DNA of 64,000 bases from Spirochaetia bacterium (GCA_965203905.1 CBDBDQ010000005.1:7168001-7232000); one strand, 5' to 3'. Counted from the stretch's first letter, positions 45,345 through 55,718 are shown. The notes: generated by a model from the sequence alone, not told the origin. Numbers and translations: made by a program.

Positions 45345-46556
45345 ATGTGGAAGACCTTGCGCTCGGTAGTACGCTTCCGGCGCCGGGCGCGCACACCCCA
45401 GGAACGGCTGCGCGCGCAGGCCGTGAACATCGAGGACCTGCGGCAGCTGGCGCTGCGGCGCTTGCCGCGCGGCGTGTTCAACTACATCGACGGCGGGGCC
45501 GAGGACGAGGTGACGCTGCGCGCCAACAGTGACGCCTTCCGGCGCTGGAACTTCGCACCGCGGGTGCTGGAGGACGTGTCGCAGGTGGACACCGGCGTCA
45601 GCCTGCTCGGCCGCCGGCTGCCGTTTCCGCTGGTGCTCGCCCCCACCGGCTTCGCCCGCATGGCCGACCCGGAGGGCGAGCTGGCGGTGGCCCGCGCCGC
45701 CGCCCGGGCCGGGCTTCCCTTCAGCCTTTCCACGGTAGCCACGCGCTCCATCGAGGAAGTGGCGGCGGCCGCCGCTGACGGGGCGCTCTGGTTCCAGCTC
45801 TACGTGCTGCGCGACCGCGGCATGGTGCGGGAGCTGGTGCAGCGGGCGGCGGCGGCCGGTTACCAGGCGCTGATGCCCACCGTGGACATCCCCGTGCCCG
45901 GGCGCCGCGAACGCGACGTGCGCCGGGGCTTTACCCTGCCGCCGCAGCTCGGTCCCGGCACCATCGTCGACGGCATCCGCCACCCCGGCTGGACCTGGCG
46001 CTTCATTCGCTCCGATCCCATCGTGTTCTCCAACGTGGGCGCCGGTGCCGCCGGCGACGGCTCGACCCCGGTGGCGCTGTCCAGTCTGATCAACACCCTG
46101 TTCGACCCCGCCTTCACCTGGCGCGACCTGGCGTGGCTGCGGGAGATCTGGGAGGGAGCGCTGGTGGTCAAGGGGATCCAGACGGTGGCGGACGCGCGCC
46201 TGGCCGCCGACCACGGCTGCGACGCCATCGTGCTGTCCAACCACGGCGGCCGCCAGCTCGACGGGGCGCCGCCGATCCTCGACTTGGTGGCGCCGGTGGT
46301 GGACGCGGTCGGAAGCCGGGTGGCGGTGATCTGCGACGGCGGCGTGCGCCGCGGCGGCGACATCGTCAAGGCGCTGGCGCTTGGCGCCCACGCCTGCATG
46401 GCGGGACGCGCCTACCTCTACGGCCTCGGCGCCGGCGGCGAGGCCGGGGTGGACTACGCCATCGCCCTGCTGGCCGAGGAGATGGCGCGTACCATGGCGC
46501 TGCTGGGCTGTCGCACCGTGGCGCAGCTCGGCCGCGCCCATCTGACCCGCGCCTGA
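45345..46556 (+). CDS. FMN-dependent alpha-hydroxy-acid dehydrogenase (LldD-like)
   Basis: YIDGGAEDE, APTG, WFQLY, VVKGI, SNHGGRQLD, DGGVRRG. Confidence 0.92.
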   Translation: MWKTLRSVVRFRRRARTPQERLRAQAVNIEDLRQLALRRLPRGVFNYIDGGAEDEVTLRANSDAFRRWNFAPRVLEDVSQVDTGVSLLGRRLPFPLVLAPTGFARMADPEGELAVARAAARAGLPFSLSTVATRSIEEVAAAAADGALWFQLYVLRDRGMVRELVQRAAAAGYQALMPTVDIPVPGRRERDVRRGFTLPPQLGPGTIVDGIRHPGWTWRFIRSDPIVFSNVGAGAAGDGSTPVALSSLINTLFDPAFTWRDLAWLREIWEGALVVKGIQTVADARLAADHGCDAIVLSNHGGRQLDGAPPILDLVAPVVDAVGSRVAVICDGGVRRGGDIVKALALGAHACMAGRAYLYGLGAGGEAGVDYAIALLAEEMARTMALLGCRTVAQLGRAHLTRA

Positions 46557-46643
46557 ACTCTCCCGATGCGGGCCGGATCCGTGGCCAAAAGGCCGACACG
46601 GCGGCGCCGTGCGGCCCCCGTGGCCGGTCGACCTGGTCGCCCG

Positions 46644-47141
46644 TCAGTCGGGGCGCTCGAGGCGCAGCAGTTGGGCGGCGGCGCCGGAAGCGCCGGCCCA
46701 GGGGCAACCGATCCTGAACGCCGCCACGGCGCAGGTGCGCAGTGCCAGGTGGCGCCCGGCGAGCTGTCCCGCCAGTTCGCTGAAAGCCGGGTCGTGTCCG
46801 ACCAGCAGCACCGACCGCAGACTCTCGTCCAGGTCGTGGACCAGGGCCAGCAGGGTGCCGACCCGCGCCTCGTAAATCCTCTCGTCGCGGACAATGCGGT
46901 CGCTGGGGAAACCTGCCGCCCGCGCCCACTCGGCGGCCGTGGCGGCGGCGCGCGCCGCCGGACTGGTCACCACCAGCTCGGGCAGCGGTCCCCGTGCGGC
47001 GAAGCGGCTGCCAAGGGCGGCCGCCGCCCGCCGTCCGCGACCGGTGAGCTCGCGGGCGGCGTCGGGCTGGCCCGGTTGCGGCGACCTGGCCTTGGCATGG
47101 CGCAACAGATACAGCGTCCTGGTCGTCTCGTTCACGGTCAT
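46644..47141 (-). CDS. sixA: SixA-type phosphohistidine phosphatase
   Basis: LLRHAK, RELTGRG, SPAARAAAT, LVGHDP. Confidence 0.85.
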   Translation of the reverse strand: MTVNETTRTLYLLRHAKARSPQPGQPDAARELTGRGRRAAAALGSRFAARGPLPELVVTSPAARAAATAAEWARAAGFPSDRIVRDERIYEARVGTLLALVHDLDESLRSVLLVGHDPAFSELAGQLAGRHLALRTCAVAAFRIGCPWAGASGAAAQLLRLERPD

Positions 47142-48478
47142 TCCTCCCTCAGCCGCAGGTCACGCGCGAACACCCGTCCCGGACCGCCGCCCACGAACAC
47201 CCGCGCCTCCACCGCGCGCGCAGCGGCCGGTGCGCGCGCGCTCACCCCGGCATCGCGCCAGGGTACGGTCCCGCGCAACGGTGCGCTGCGGGGCGCCGCG
47301 GGAGCGCTGGTGAGCGCCCCGCCCAGGCCGTCCAGGAAGTAGAGCTGCAGGTGGGCGGCGACGGCCACCTGCTCCGTGCGCAATGCCCCGGTCAGCGTAT
47401 AGCCGCGTCCCGGCTCCACCGCCACCCGCTGCGCAAGGAACAGCGCCCCGCTGCCCGCGTTGGCCAGTCCCGGTGCCCCGTCGCCGCCGCGGGCGAACGC
47501 GCCTGCCCCCTCCGCGAAGCGCCGGTAGACGTGCCAGCCCGCCGGCACCCCGGCCGCATCCGGGTCGCCCAGCGCGCCGTTGTGCAGCCGCTCCAGCGTC
47601 GGTACGCGCGGCCGGTGATTGCAGAACGTCCACACGACGTTGCCGGAACGGTCCACCTCCAGCACCCGATGGTGGTGCTGATCGGAGATCAGGACATTGC
47701 CGTTCGGCTGCCGGTCCGCCTCGTAGAAGCTGGCGTAGTAGTCCACCGCGAACTGCCACTCCACCTCCCCCAGTGGGCTCACCTCCAGCACCCGGTGGTG
47801 GCGCGAGTCGGTGATCAGCACGCGCCGGTCGTCCACCCGGTCGGCGTCGCGCGGGAAGTTCAGCAGACCGGGCGCCGCGTCGCCGTAGCTCCACACGATC
47901 GTTCCGGCGCGGTCGATCTCCAGCACCCGGTTGGCACCGGAGGCGGCCAGCAGGATGTTGCCGTTCGGCTGCCGGTCGGCGTTGTGCGGATGGTGGATGG
48001 CCGGGCTCCGAAGACTCCACCGCACCCGGCCCGCGGCGTCCACGACCACTACCCGGTCCTGGTTGCGGTCGGTGACCAGAAAGGTCCCGTCGTCGAGCTG
48101 ATGGGCGTCGTTGGGATAGTCCAGCCGCGAGCCGTCCGAGAGAAGCCCCCACTGCGCCGAGTCGAGGCGCACGCTGCCGTCGGGGGCGACGACCAGCAGT
48201 CGATGATTGCCGGTGTCGGTGATCAGCGTGGCACCGTCCGCCAGCCGCTCGGCGCTGTGGGCGAAGTCCAGTCCATCGCCGAAGCGCCACACCACCTCGC
48301 CGGCCGGGGTCACCTCCAGGATCTCGCTGCCCTCGCCCAACTCGTCGCCGGCGTCCGCGACCAGGGTGTTGCCGCCCGCCAACCGCTGCACGCTGCAGGG
48401 AAAGTCGAGTATTCCTGCCCGCCCGTCTGCGCCCATTCCGATGAGCCGGACGGTACGTCCGTCCATCCTCACTGTCAA
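47138..48478 (-). CDS. Repeat beta-propeller protein with C-terminal carbohydrate-binding-like jelly-roll domain
   Basis: Six repeats of (H)xAxRxxxGxxLIxDxxxxRVxExxxxGxxxW; C-terminal LHNG...GW...QRVAVEPGRGYTL resembles CBM4/9; start may be ATG 48466. Confidence 0.7.
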   Translation of the reverse strand: MTVRMDGRTVRLIGMGADGRAGILDFPCSVQRLAGGNTLVADAGDELGEGSEILEVTPAGEVVWRFGDGLDFAHSAERLADGATLITDTGNHRLLVVAPDGSVRLDSAQWGLLSDGSRLDYPNDAHQLDDGTFLVTDRNQDRVVVVDAAGRVRWSLRSPAIHHPHNADRQPNGNILLAASGANRVLEIDRAGTIVWSYGDAAPGLLNFPRDADRVDDRRVLITDSRHHRVLEVSPLGEVEWQFAVDYYASFYEADRQPNGNVLISDQHHHRVLEVDRSGNVVWTFCNHRPRVPTLERLHNGALGDPDAAGVPAGWHVYRRFAEGAGAFARGGDGAPGLANAGSGALFLAQRVAVEPGRGYTLTGALRTEQVAVAAHLQLYFLDGLGGALTSAPAAPRSAPLRGTVPWRDAGVSARAPAAARAVEARVFVGGGPGRVFARDLRLREE

Positions 48479-48554
48479 CGCGGCTCGGGGGAGCCGAACC
48501 GCGTCAGCGACTGGCGCCGAGGGCAGCCGCCGGGAGCTGAGGCTGGGCGGGGCG

Positions 48555-50690
48555 CTACAGCGGGGCGACGTCGACGTCCCAGTACTCGATGCGGCCCTCC
48601 TCGCCGATCAGCGCCACCGCGCCGCCGCCCAGCGCGTCGTCGCTGGCCTCGATGGCCGGCCCGTCGTCGACCGCGCCGCGGATGGTGGTGCCGTCCACTT
48701 CCAGGGTGAGCCGGTGCTGTTCGTCGAGCCCGCCGGCCAGCGGCGCCTCGCCGAGCACCACGGTCGCGTTGACGCGGCGGACCAGCCGCACCACGCCGTC
48801 GCCGCCGATCAGCAGCGCGTAGTAGCGCTGCATGCCGCCGGCGCGCGCGCCGATGCCGCCCGCCTTGGCCATGTGGATGCGCATGGTCGCCGTGACCCGG
48901 TAGTCGGTCCAGGTCTCGCCGCCCTGCATCGCCAGCCCGACTCCCTCGTTCTGGATCAGCCGGATCGGCTCGGCCCAGTCCTTGGGCCAGAACAGGGAGG
49001 CGCCGTTCACCCAGGCGCGCCCCCACCACGGCAGCGCGCGGATCTTGGGACGCTCTTTCGCGGCGCCGCTCGGGCGCGACAGGTTGCTGCGCGGGGCGCC
49101 GTCCCAGGTCAGCCAGTCGAGATACAGCGTGCCGGACAAGGCGGCGGTGCCGGATGCCGCTGATTCCGCGGAGACGCCGACGCGGGCCACGGGGTGACCG
49201 TTGGTGTCGGGCATCTCCCACTCCAGCTCGGCGCCGGTGCCGGGCGCCAGCTCCACCGGATCGGAGGCGACTTTCTCCGTGTCATCCTCGGCGCGCACCA
49301 CCGTAGCCCACAGCCGGCACGCCACGGCACCGGTCGCCGCGGCATCCAGGTCCACCCGCGCGCGGATGCGCTGCCCCGGATGCAGGGTCGGCGAGGCCAG
49401 GAGCTGGTAGCCGCCCACCTTGTCGCCGTCCATGGGAATGAAGGTGGCGGTCGACGCGCCGGCGCCGTGCGCCGCATCGACGCCCTCGAACCGCACCGCC
49501 AGCCGGCCGCCGTCGTTGGCCACCGCCGTGGCCGCACCGCCCGGCTCGAACCCCTGCACCGAACCCGGCAGCGAGAAGTGGAAGCGCGCCCCCCGCTTCG
49601 GCGCGAGCGGATCCAGTCCCTGCAGGCCGCGGCCCAGGTTGATCAGCCGGTAGGACTGCTGCACCGCGTCGGTGATGCAGCGCCCGCCGTCGGCGGTGGG
49701 CAGGTACAACCGGTCGGCCACCGGGCCGCGCCACTTGCCGGCGCCGTCTCCGTTCGCCGTGGCCGGATCGATCGCCGCCAAGCCGCCGCGGATGCCGAGC
49801 AGGCAGCCGACGTTGCCGGAGTTGCAGTCGGTGTCCCAGCCGCAGGTGTTGGCGATCATCAGCGAATGGGCGAAGTCGCCGCCGCCGTGGAGCAGCGCCA
49901 GGATGATGATGGCGTGGTTGGGCACCATGTGGCAGTTGCCGCCGTACTTGTCGTAGCCGTAGCTGCCCTGCACGCGCCCGAAGCTCTTGCGCCAGTCGTC
50001 GCCGTCGGCGGCGTGCCACTCGCGGAGGTCGGCGATCAGGCGCGCGATCACCGAGTCGGCGGGAATGAAGCGCACGCCGGTGTCCAGCAGGGTGTTCATG
50101 TCCGACTCGGTGAACGCCGCCGCCTCCATCGCCGCCAGCACCTGGGCGCCGTACACCGCCTCGCCGTCGTGGCTCACGCTGCCCGCCTTGGCAGCGAGTG
50201 CGGCGGCCAGCTCGGGATCGCCCGGCGCCACCATGGCCCAGCCGTCGATGAAGATCTGGGCGCCGATCTGCTCCGCCACCACCTTGGTGTTGAGGGCGAT
50301 GGAGCCGCTGCACGGTGCCTCCACGCCGTTCTTGAGGCGCAGGTAGGCGGTGTGCTCGGTGGAGTTGCCCAGGCCACCCCACCACAGCACGGTGCGTTCC
50401 TCGATCAGATAGTTGAGCCAGGTGCGGCCGATGTCGGCGGCACTGACGTCTGCGCCCCCGGCGAAGTCCTCCAGCGCCCGAATGAAGGTGAAGGTTCCCG
50501 ATATGTCGTCGTCGGTGACGATCAGCGGCACGCCGAAGCGCTCGTGCACGTAGTCGGTGACCTCACCGAGCTCGCGATCGATCCGCTCGTACTCCCAGCC
50601 CTCGAACGGGCGCCCCAGGTAGACGCCGATAATCTTTCCCAACACGCCCGCGTAGACGCGTTCCGCATAGTCCCGTGGTAGCTGCATCAC
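48555..50690 (-). CDS. ADP-ribosylglycohydrolase-family protein with C-terminal beta-sandwich domains
   Basis: GKIIGVYLG.PFEGW, TDDD, IGAQI, SH, GWDTDCN. Confidence 0.85.
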   Translation of the reverse strand: MMQLPRDYAERVYAGVLGKIIGVYLGRPFEGWEYERIDRELGEVTDYVHERFGVPLIVTDDDISGTFTFIRALEDFAGGADVSAADIGRTWLNYLIEERTVLWWGGLGNSTEHTAYLRLKNGVEAPCSGSIALNTKVVAEQIGAQIFIDGWAMVAPGDPELAAALAAKAGSVSHDGEAVYGAQVLAAMEAAAFTESDMNTLLDTGVRFIPADSVIARLIADLREWHAADGDDWRKSFGRVQGSYGYDKYGGNCHMVPNHAIIILALLHGGGDFAHSLMIANTCGWDTDCNSGNVGCLLGIRGGLAAIDPATANGDGAGKWRGPVADRLYLPTADGGRCITDAVQQSYRLINLGRGLQGLDPLAPKRGARFHFSLPGSVQGFEPGGAATAVANDGGRLAVRFEGVDAAHGAGASTATFIPMDGDKVGGYQLLASPTLHPGQRIRARVDLDAAATGAVACRLWATVVRAEDDTEKVASDPVELAPGTGAELEWEMPDTNGHPVARVGVSAESAASGTAALSGTLYLDWLTWDGAPRSNLSRPSGAAKERPKIRALPWWGRAWVNGASLFWPKDWAEPIRLIQNEGVGLAMQGGETWTDYRVTATMRIHMAKAGGIGARAGGMQRYYALLIGGDGVVRLVRRVNATVVLGEAPLAGGLDEQHRLTLEVDGTTIRGAVDDGPAIEASDDALGGGAVALIGEEGRIEYWDVDVAPL

Positions 50691-50928
50691 GGCGGCATCC
50701 TAAGGTGGGCCACCGCCTGCTGCAAGACGCACGTCGCGGCAGCTCAGCCCAGCCGCAGCAACCGCCAGGCGGCCGGCAGCAGCAACGCCGCCCAGACCAG
50801 CTTGACCAGATCGAACAGGATGAACGGGGTAAGTCCCCAGGCCAGGATCGGGTTGTCCCAGCCGGCAACGGTTCCGAGCCCGCTTGCGCTTCGGCGTACC
50901 ATCCGGTACACACAAACACCCGCCCACC

Positions 50929-51828
50929 ATGTCGATCACCAAGACGCGCCTACGGCAGATCGTGTGCCTGCGACTTTCCGCGCTCCTGTGCGCCGCGCTG
51001 CTGGTGGCCGGTTGCAACCAGTTCATTGACCGGCAGGAGTACCAGCCAACCCCGATACCCGCCGACGTCACGCGCTTGTTCAGAGTGTCCGGCGATTCCG
51101 GCTCGGACACGGTGTGGATCGTCGAACAGGGCGGTCCGCAGCACGAACTCGCCGACGATCCGCGCGCCGAGTTCAGGAACTTCCCCAACCACGAGGACCT
51201 GCTCTTCGCCCTGGTGCATCAGACCCTCACGCTGGAGAATGACCTGGCGGCCCGCTATGAGGAGCTGTCGTTGGCCGACCTCAAGGCGGAGGTCGACGTC
51301 AGCGTGGAGATACTGCGCCGGACCATCCGCCACTTCAAGGCGCAGGGGAAGCGTGTGGTGGTGGTCGGGCACTCGTTCGGGGCGATTCTTGCCACCCGCT
51401 ATCTGGCGCTCGAAGGCCCCGGCGAGGTGGACCGATTCCTGATCATGGCGGGACGGCTGGACATGCCCCGCGTCGTCGTTGACGGCGCGCTGAATGGCGT
51501 GTGGCACTACTTCCCGAATGGGGGAGAACCGGTACGTGACCCCACGCTGCAACCGGTGACAAGTCAACAGTTCACTGAGCTTCGCATCGCGGGTGCCGCG
51601 GCACACGACCGCTACACCGCGCGGCTTGCGGGCACCGACCTGAGCCGCGTGATTTACGTGTACGGCACGGCCGACGAGGCAATTGGGCGCCTGAGCGAGG
51701 TCGAGGACTCGTTCTTGAGATCGATGGGGAGCACGGTCATCAAGGTAGAGGGCGGGCACCACACCAGCATGTTCGAAGATCCCGAGACCATCCGCAGGAT
51801 CGCCGAAGCCCTGCAACGGCCGCTTTGA
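50929..51828 (+). CDS. Alpha/beta hydrolase lipoprotein, paralog 1
   Basis: LVAGC lipobox, QGGP, GHSFG, D in GTADE, GGHH. Confidence 0.8.
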   Translation: MSITKTRLRQIVCLRLSALLCAALLVAGCNQFIDRQEYQPTPIPADVTRLFRVSGDSGSDTVWIVEQGGPQHELADDPRAEFRNFPNHEDLLFALVHQTLTLENDLAARYEELSLADLKAEVDVSVEILRRTIRHFKAQGKRVVVVGHSFGAILATRYLALEGPGEVDRFLIMAGRLDMPRVVVDGALNGVWHYFPNGGEPVRDPTLQPVTSQQFTELRIAGAAAHDRYTARLAGTDLSRVIYVYGTADEAIGRLSEVEDSFLRSMGSTVIKVEGGHHTSMFEDPETIRRIAEALQRPL

Positions 51829-51877
51829 TATGGCTCCACGTCTCTCGATACCGCATGCACAAGCCAGCAGACGACAG

Positions 51878-52738
51878 ATGTGGTACCTGCGGCTCGCCAC
51901 GCTGCTCCTGGTCGGCGTCCTCGCGGTCGGCTGCCGCGGAGTGGTCGCCACACCACCCTACCAGGCGACGCCGCTGCCGGCCGACACCAGCGAGCTGTTC
52001 CGGGTGTTCGGCAATGCCGACGCCGACACGGTGTGGATCTTCGAGCAGGGCGGTCCGTCGCATACGCTGCTGGAGAATCCTCACCTTTACCTCAGCGGGT
52101 TCCCCGTCTTCCGGGAGATACAGTTCGTCCAGGTGCATCAGACCCTTACCCTCAACCACGGCCTGGCCGCGCGCCATGCCGAGCTTTCCCTCGCCGACCT
52201 GCAGGCCGAGGTCGACGTCAGCGTCGAGATCCTGCGGCGCACCATCGCGCACTTCAAGGCGCAGGGCAAACGGGTGGTGGTGATCGGATACTCCTACGGC
52301 GCGTTCCTCACCGCGCGCTACCTGGCTGCGGACGGCCCCGGCGCCGCCGACCGCTTCGCGCTCATCGCGGGGCGCCTGGACATGCCGGAGACCTTCGTCG
52401 ACGGCGCGCTCGACGGCGTGCTGCATCACTTCCCGAACGCGGTCGATCCGCAGCCGTTTCCGGTTCAGCCGGCCACCGACCGCGAGTTCATCCGCCTGCG
52501 GATCATGGGAGCCACGGCACACGATCGCTATACGGTGCGGCTTGCCGGGGCCGACCTGCGGCGGGTGCTCTACGTGTACGGCACCGCGGATACCGTGGTC
52601 GGGCGGCTCACCACTGCGGAAGTGCGGTTCCTGGAGTCGGCGGGGAGCCGGATCATTGCCGTGCCGGGCGGCAGCCACCTGTCCCCCGTGATAGATCCGG
52701 CCGTGTTGCAGCAGATCATCGACGCGTTGCAGGAATAG
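51878..52738 (+). CDS. Alpha/beta hydrolase lipoprotein, paralog 2
   Basis: LAVGC lipobox, QGGP, GYSYG, GTAD, GGSH; colinear with paralog 1; alternative start 51830. Confidence 0.8.
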   Translation: MWYLRLATLLLVGVLAVGCRGVVATPPYQATPLPADTSELFRVFGNADADTVWIFEQGGPSHTLLENPHLYLSGFPVFREIQFVQVHQTLTLNHGLAARHAELSLADLQAEVDVSVEILRRTIAHFKAQGKRVVVIGYSYGAFLTARYLAADGPGAADRFALIAGRLDMPETFVDGALDGVLHHFPNAVDPQPFPVQPATDREFIRLRIMGATAHDRYTVRLAGADLRRVLYVYGTADTVVGRLTTAEVRFLESAGSRIIAVPGGSHLSPVIDPAVLQQIIDALQE

Positions 52739-52789
52739 CGGCGGGGCGCCGCACGGCGGGGCAGGGAGTCGCTGCCTCGGCGCTGCCGC

Positions 52790-53242
52790 TCATCCCGGTT
52801 TGCCGCGCGCAAGCTCCGAAAGCCTGGTCTCTTCCGGCACGTCCGTGTCACTTTCGAACAGCAACCGGTACCCGTCGGGATCCTGCAACTCGGTAACCCA
52901 CATCGCGTTCCCGACCTGCGGCTCGGTAGCATCGTGTCCCCGCTCGCGCACAGCGCGGTAGAACGCCACGGCGTCTGCGCAGAAGAAACACAGGACCACC
53001 CCCGCTCCCTTGTCCGGACCGAACCGGCGCGCGTCGTGGCCGGTGGTTCGGAACTGCTGCAACATGAGCGATGCGCCGCCCAAGCGCAGCTGACACCAGC
53101 GCAGCACGCCCTCGTCGACCCACTTGCCCTCCAGGGCAAACCCCAGCCCGTCCACGTAGAAGGCGAGGGAAGCGCCCATGTCGGCCACCGCCAGGAACGG
53201 AACCACTTCCCTGACCTCGGTCACGCTGCCGGAGTTCGCCAT
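52790..53242 (-). CDS. VOC/glyoxalase (bleomycin-resistance-like) protein
   Basis: VPFLAVADM.ASLAFYVDGLGF, DPDGYRL. Confidence 0.85.
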   Translation of the reverse strand: MANSGSVTEVREVVPFLAVADMGASLAFYVDGLGFALEGKWVDEGVLRWCQLRLGGASLMLQQFRTTGHDARRFGPDKGAGVVLCFFCADAVAFYRAVRERGHDATEPQVGNAMWVTELQDPDGYRLLFESDTDVPEETRLSELARGKPG

Positions 53243-53256
53243 CCGCCCCCGCTCGG

Positions 53257-54120
53257 TTACAACTTCAGGTACGCGCCGGGGCGCCGATTCGTCGCTGCCG
53301 GCACGGCGCACCCGGAGTAGCGCGGCTGCAGCGGGGTCAGGCGTTCGAGCGCCTCCTGCGGCGCCCCCGCGGTGAATGCCCGGTGGCTGGCCGAGTAGGA
53401 GGCGCGCATACGCTCCGAGAGCTCGTCCCAGCGCGGCAGGTACCACATCGTCAGCACCGTGCGCCGCTGGCCGGTGCGATTGGCCCGAGGTGCGTGCAGC
53501 ACGCGCGAGTCGCCGATCAAAAGGTCTCCGGCCGTAATCGGCACGTCGATCTGACCCGCGGCATCGGCGTACTTGATCGACGTGTCGGGATCCTCGTAGC
53601 GGATATCGGTGCCGTGCCCCTCGTACTCGTGCTGCGGATACCGGCGCCGGTGCGAGCCCGGAATGACCCGCAGGCAGCCGTTCGCCGGCGACGTGTCCAC
53701 CAGGTAGTACATGAGAAACACCTTGACCGGGAGAGGATCGGCGCTCTCCGGTTCGTCCCAGTACATCCAGTCCTGGTGCCAGTACGCCGACTTGGTGCGG
53801 GGCTCACGCGAGATGATGAAACCTGACAGGTAGCGGACCGAGTCGAACCCGAGGTCCTCCAGCGCGGCCAGCGCCCGCGGCCACGAGATGAGATCGGCGA
53901 ATACCGCGGGCGCGAACGGAATCGGCTGCCAGGCTCCCTGTCCACCCTGGACGCGCTTCTCCTCCTCGGTGAGCTGGTCGAGCAACGCCGACGTTTCCCG
54001 CCGGAGCGAGTCGAGCATCGGGGCATCGAGAACGTCGGGGACGATGCAGAACCCGTCGCTGACGAGCTGCTCGCGTGCGCGCGCCAGGCGGACAGTGCCT
54101 GTCGCGGTTGCCGGCGCCAC
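53257..54120 (-). CDS. Phytanoyl-CoA dioxygenase (PhyH) family protein
   Basis: DGFCIV, WHQD, NGCLRVIPGSH, AGD, LH..ANRT..RR. Confidence 0.9.
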   Translation of the reverse strand: MAPATATGTVRLARAREQLVSDGFCIVPDVLDAPMLDSLRRETSALLDQLTEEEKRVQGGQGAWQPIPFAPAVFADLISWPRALAALEDLGFDSVRYLSGFIISREPRTKSAYWHQDWMYWDEPESADPLPVKVFLMYYLVDTSPANGCLRVIPGSHRRRYPQHEYEGHGTDIRYEDPDTSIKYADAAGQIDVPITAGDLLIGDSRVLHAPRANRTGQRRTVLTMWYLPRWDELSERMRASYSASHRAFTAGAPQEALERLTPLQPRYSGCAVPAATNRRPGAYLKL

Positions 54121-54130
54121 GGCTTCGGCG

Positions 54131-55123
54131 CTAAGTAGCTTGGCCCTTCAGGCGCCGGCGCCGGGCGCGCATCTCCACCTCTGATTCGGACGAGCCGTCG
54201 AAGAAGCTGCCGAACCACTTGTCGAGCGGGATGATCTCGCCGCCGTAGTTGCAGTCGAAGTACTTGTGGTGGAGGTAGTGGAAGTATCCGCCGTTCTTGA
54301 TCTCGTGCTCATCGCCGACCTCGATCTTGAAGAAGCCGGTATGGCCGGGAACCGGTGATACCCCGGCGTGCATGAGGTGGAACACCGCGTGCAGCGGATG
54401 CGACGGAATGACCCAGTGGATCAACACACCGCTGAAATACAGCAGGTGCTCGATGGGATGCATCGACAGCCCCGACCACGGCCCGGGATTGACGTTCTTG
54501 TGATGCAGGTAGTGGGCCGACTTGTACAGCGGCTTCCAGTGAGTGAGCCGGTGCACCCAGTAGAAGTGGAAGTTGCGCAACAGGGGGATGGCCAGCATCA
54601 GCAGCACGAAATAGACCGGGCTGGTTGCGAAGGCGATCGTCGGCAGCACGCCGTTGGCGTAGAGCCACAGCGTGACCGCTTCGTACGCGGTCCAGATCAG
54701 CCCGCCGCTGACCAGGGTCCAGAACACGTTGTCCCGGGTCTGGTTGCGGAACATGAAGGTGCGATTGTTGGAACTCGGCCAACGGTTGCTGAACTTGTGG
54801 CGAACGTCCTGGGCGCGCTGGATGTACAGCCGCAGGTGCACCGAACCGTAGAGCACGATGATCAGCACCGCGTTGCGGGCATAGATCTCGGCGATCCAGC
54901 CCACCCCGAAGGTACCGGTACGGCTCAGGTCCGGCGTGAACCAGAGCCAGCAGACCACCGCGAGCACGGTATAGAAGAGGTTGTACGGCCAGTAGAATGC
55001 AACCAGCGATTTCAGGGCCGGCCACAGCCGGAGCGGCCAGGAGAACAGCGCCGAAGGCGCCGGCAGCGGGTCGGGCAGCCACTCACCGCGCCGGTCGCGG
55101 TGCCGGAGATCAGCTTCAGCCAT
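54131..55123 (-). CDS. Sterol desaturase / fatty acid hydroxylase family protein
   Basis: HFYWVHRLTH, HYLHH, SMHPIE, GHTG, HYLHH, NYG, DKWFGS. Confidence 0.88.
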   Translation of the reverse strand: MAEADLRHRDRRGEWLPDPLPAPSALFSWPLRLWPALKSLVAFYWPYNLFYTVLAVVCWLWFTPDLSRTGTFGVGWIAEIYARNAVLIIVLYGSVHLRLYIQRAQDVRHKFSNRWPSSNNRTFMFRNQTRDNVFWTLVSGGLIWTAYEAVTLWLYANGVLPTIAFATSPVYFVLLMLAIPLLRNFHFYWVHRLTHWKPLYKSAHYLHHKNVNPGPWSGLSMHPIEHLLYFSGVLIHWVIPSHPLHAVFHLMHAGVSPVPGHTGFFKIEVGDEHEIKNGGYFHYLHHKYFDCNYGGEIIPLDKWFGSFFDGSSESEVEMRARRRRLKGQAT

Positions 55124-55157
55124 AACGGTGAGTGTAGCCAAACGCCAAGCGGTTGCC

Positions 55158-55185
55158 CACCCCATCCACCCCATCACACCCCATC
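55158..55185. repeat. Three direct repeats of CACCCCATC
   Basis: Copies at 55158-55166, 55167-55175 and 55177-55185. Confidence 0.8.
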
Positions 55186-55718
55186 GGCCCAATCGGGCGG
55201 CGGAACCAGGGCATTCCATGTTGAACGACGTGTGCAGTCCCATGTGACAAGGGATGTTCCGGAAGGTAAGGAAGTGGCCGAGCGGCGATGATGGCTTCGG
55301 CACCTGTCAGATCGGCAGCTTCAGGATTCGTGGTTCGTTCGCTGTACGATGTGTCCAGAAATGAACGGGGGGGCCTCCCGCAACGTCGGTCTCCGCCGAT
55401 GCGTTGCTGTCCCGTGGGTCGACCTCTCGCGGTAGCCAGCCTTGATGGCGTCAACTGCTGGTCGGGTCGGCCACGGTGCGGCGCCGCGCTGAAGGATTCT
55501 GCAAAAATTGCCAAAAAAAATTGGGCTGGGCACTTGACGGGTTTGGCGCTGCTCATAGCGGCCTCCTGCCGCACGTTCCGGCCCCTCCGACCCTTCGAAC
55601 ATCCCGCCACGCCCTCCAGGCCCGCCAGCACCCGCCAGCGTCGGCCTGAGCCCTTCCCAGTGCCGGTCCCGGGACTTGGCTAAACCGGTCATTTCTCAGC
55701 CATGATTATATTTACGCC

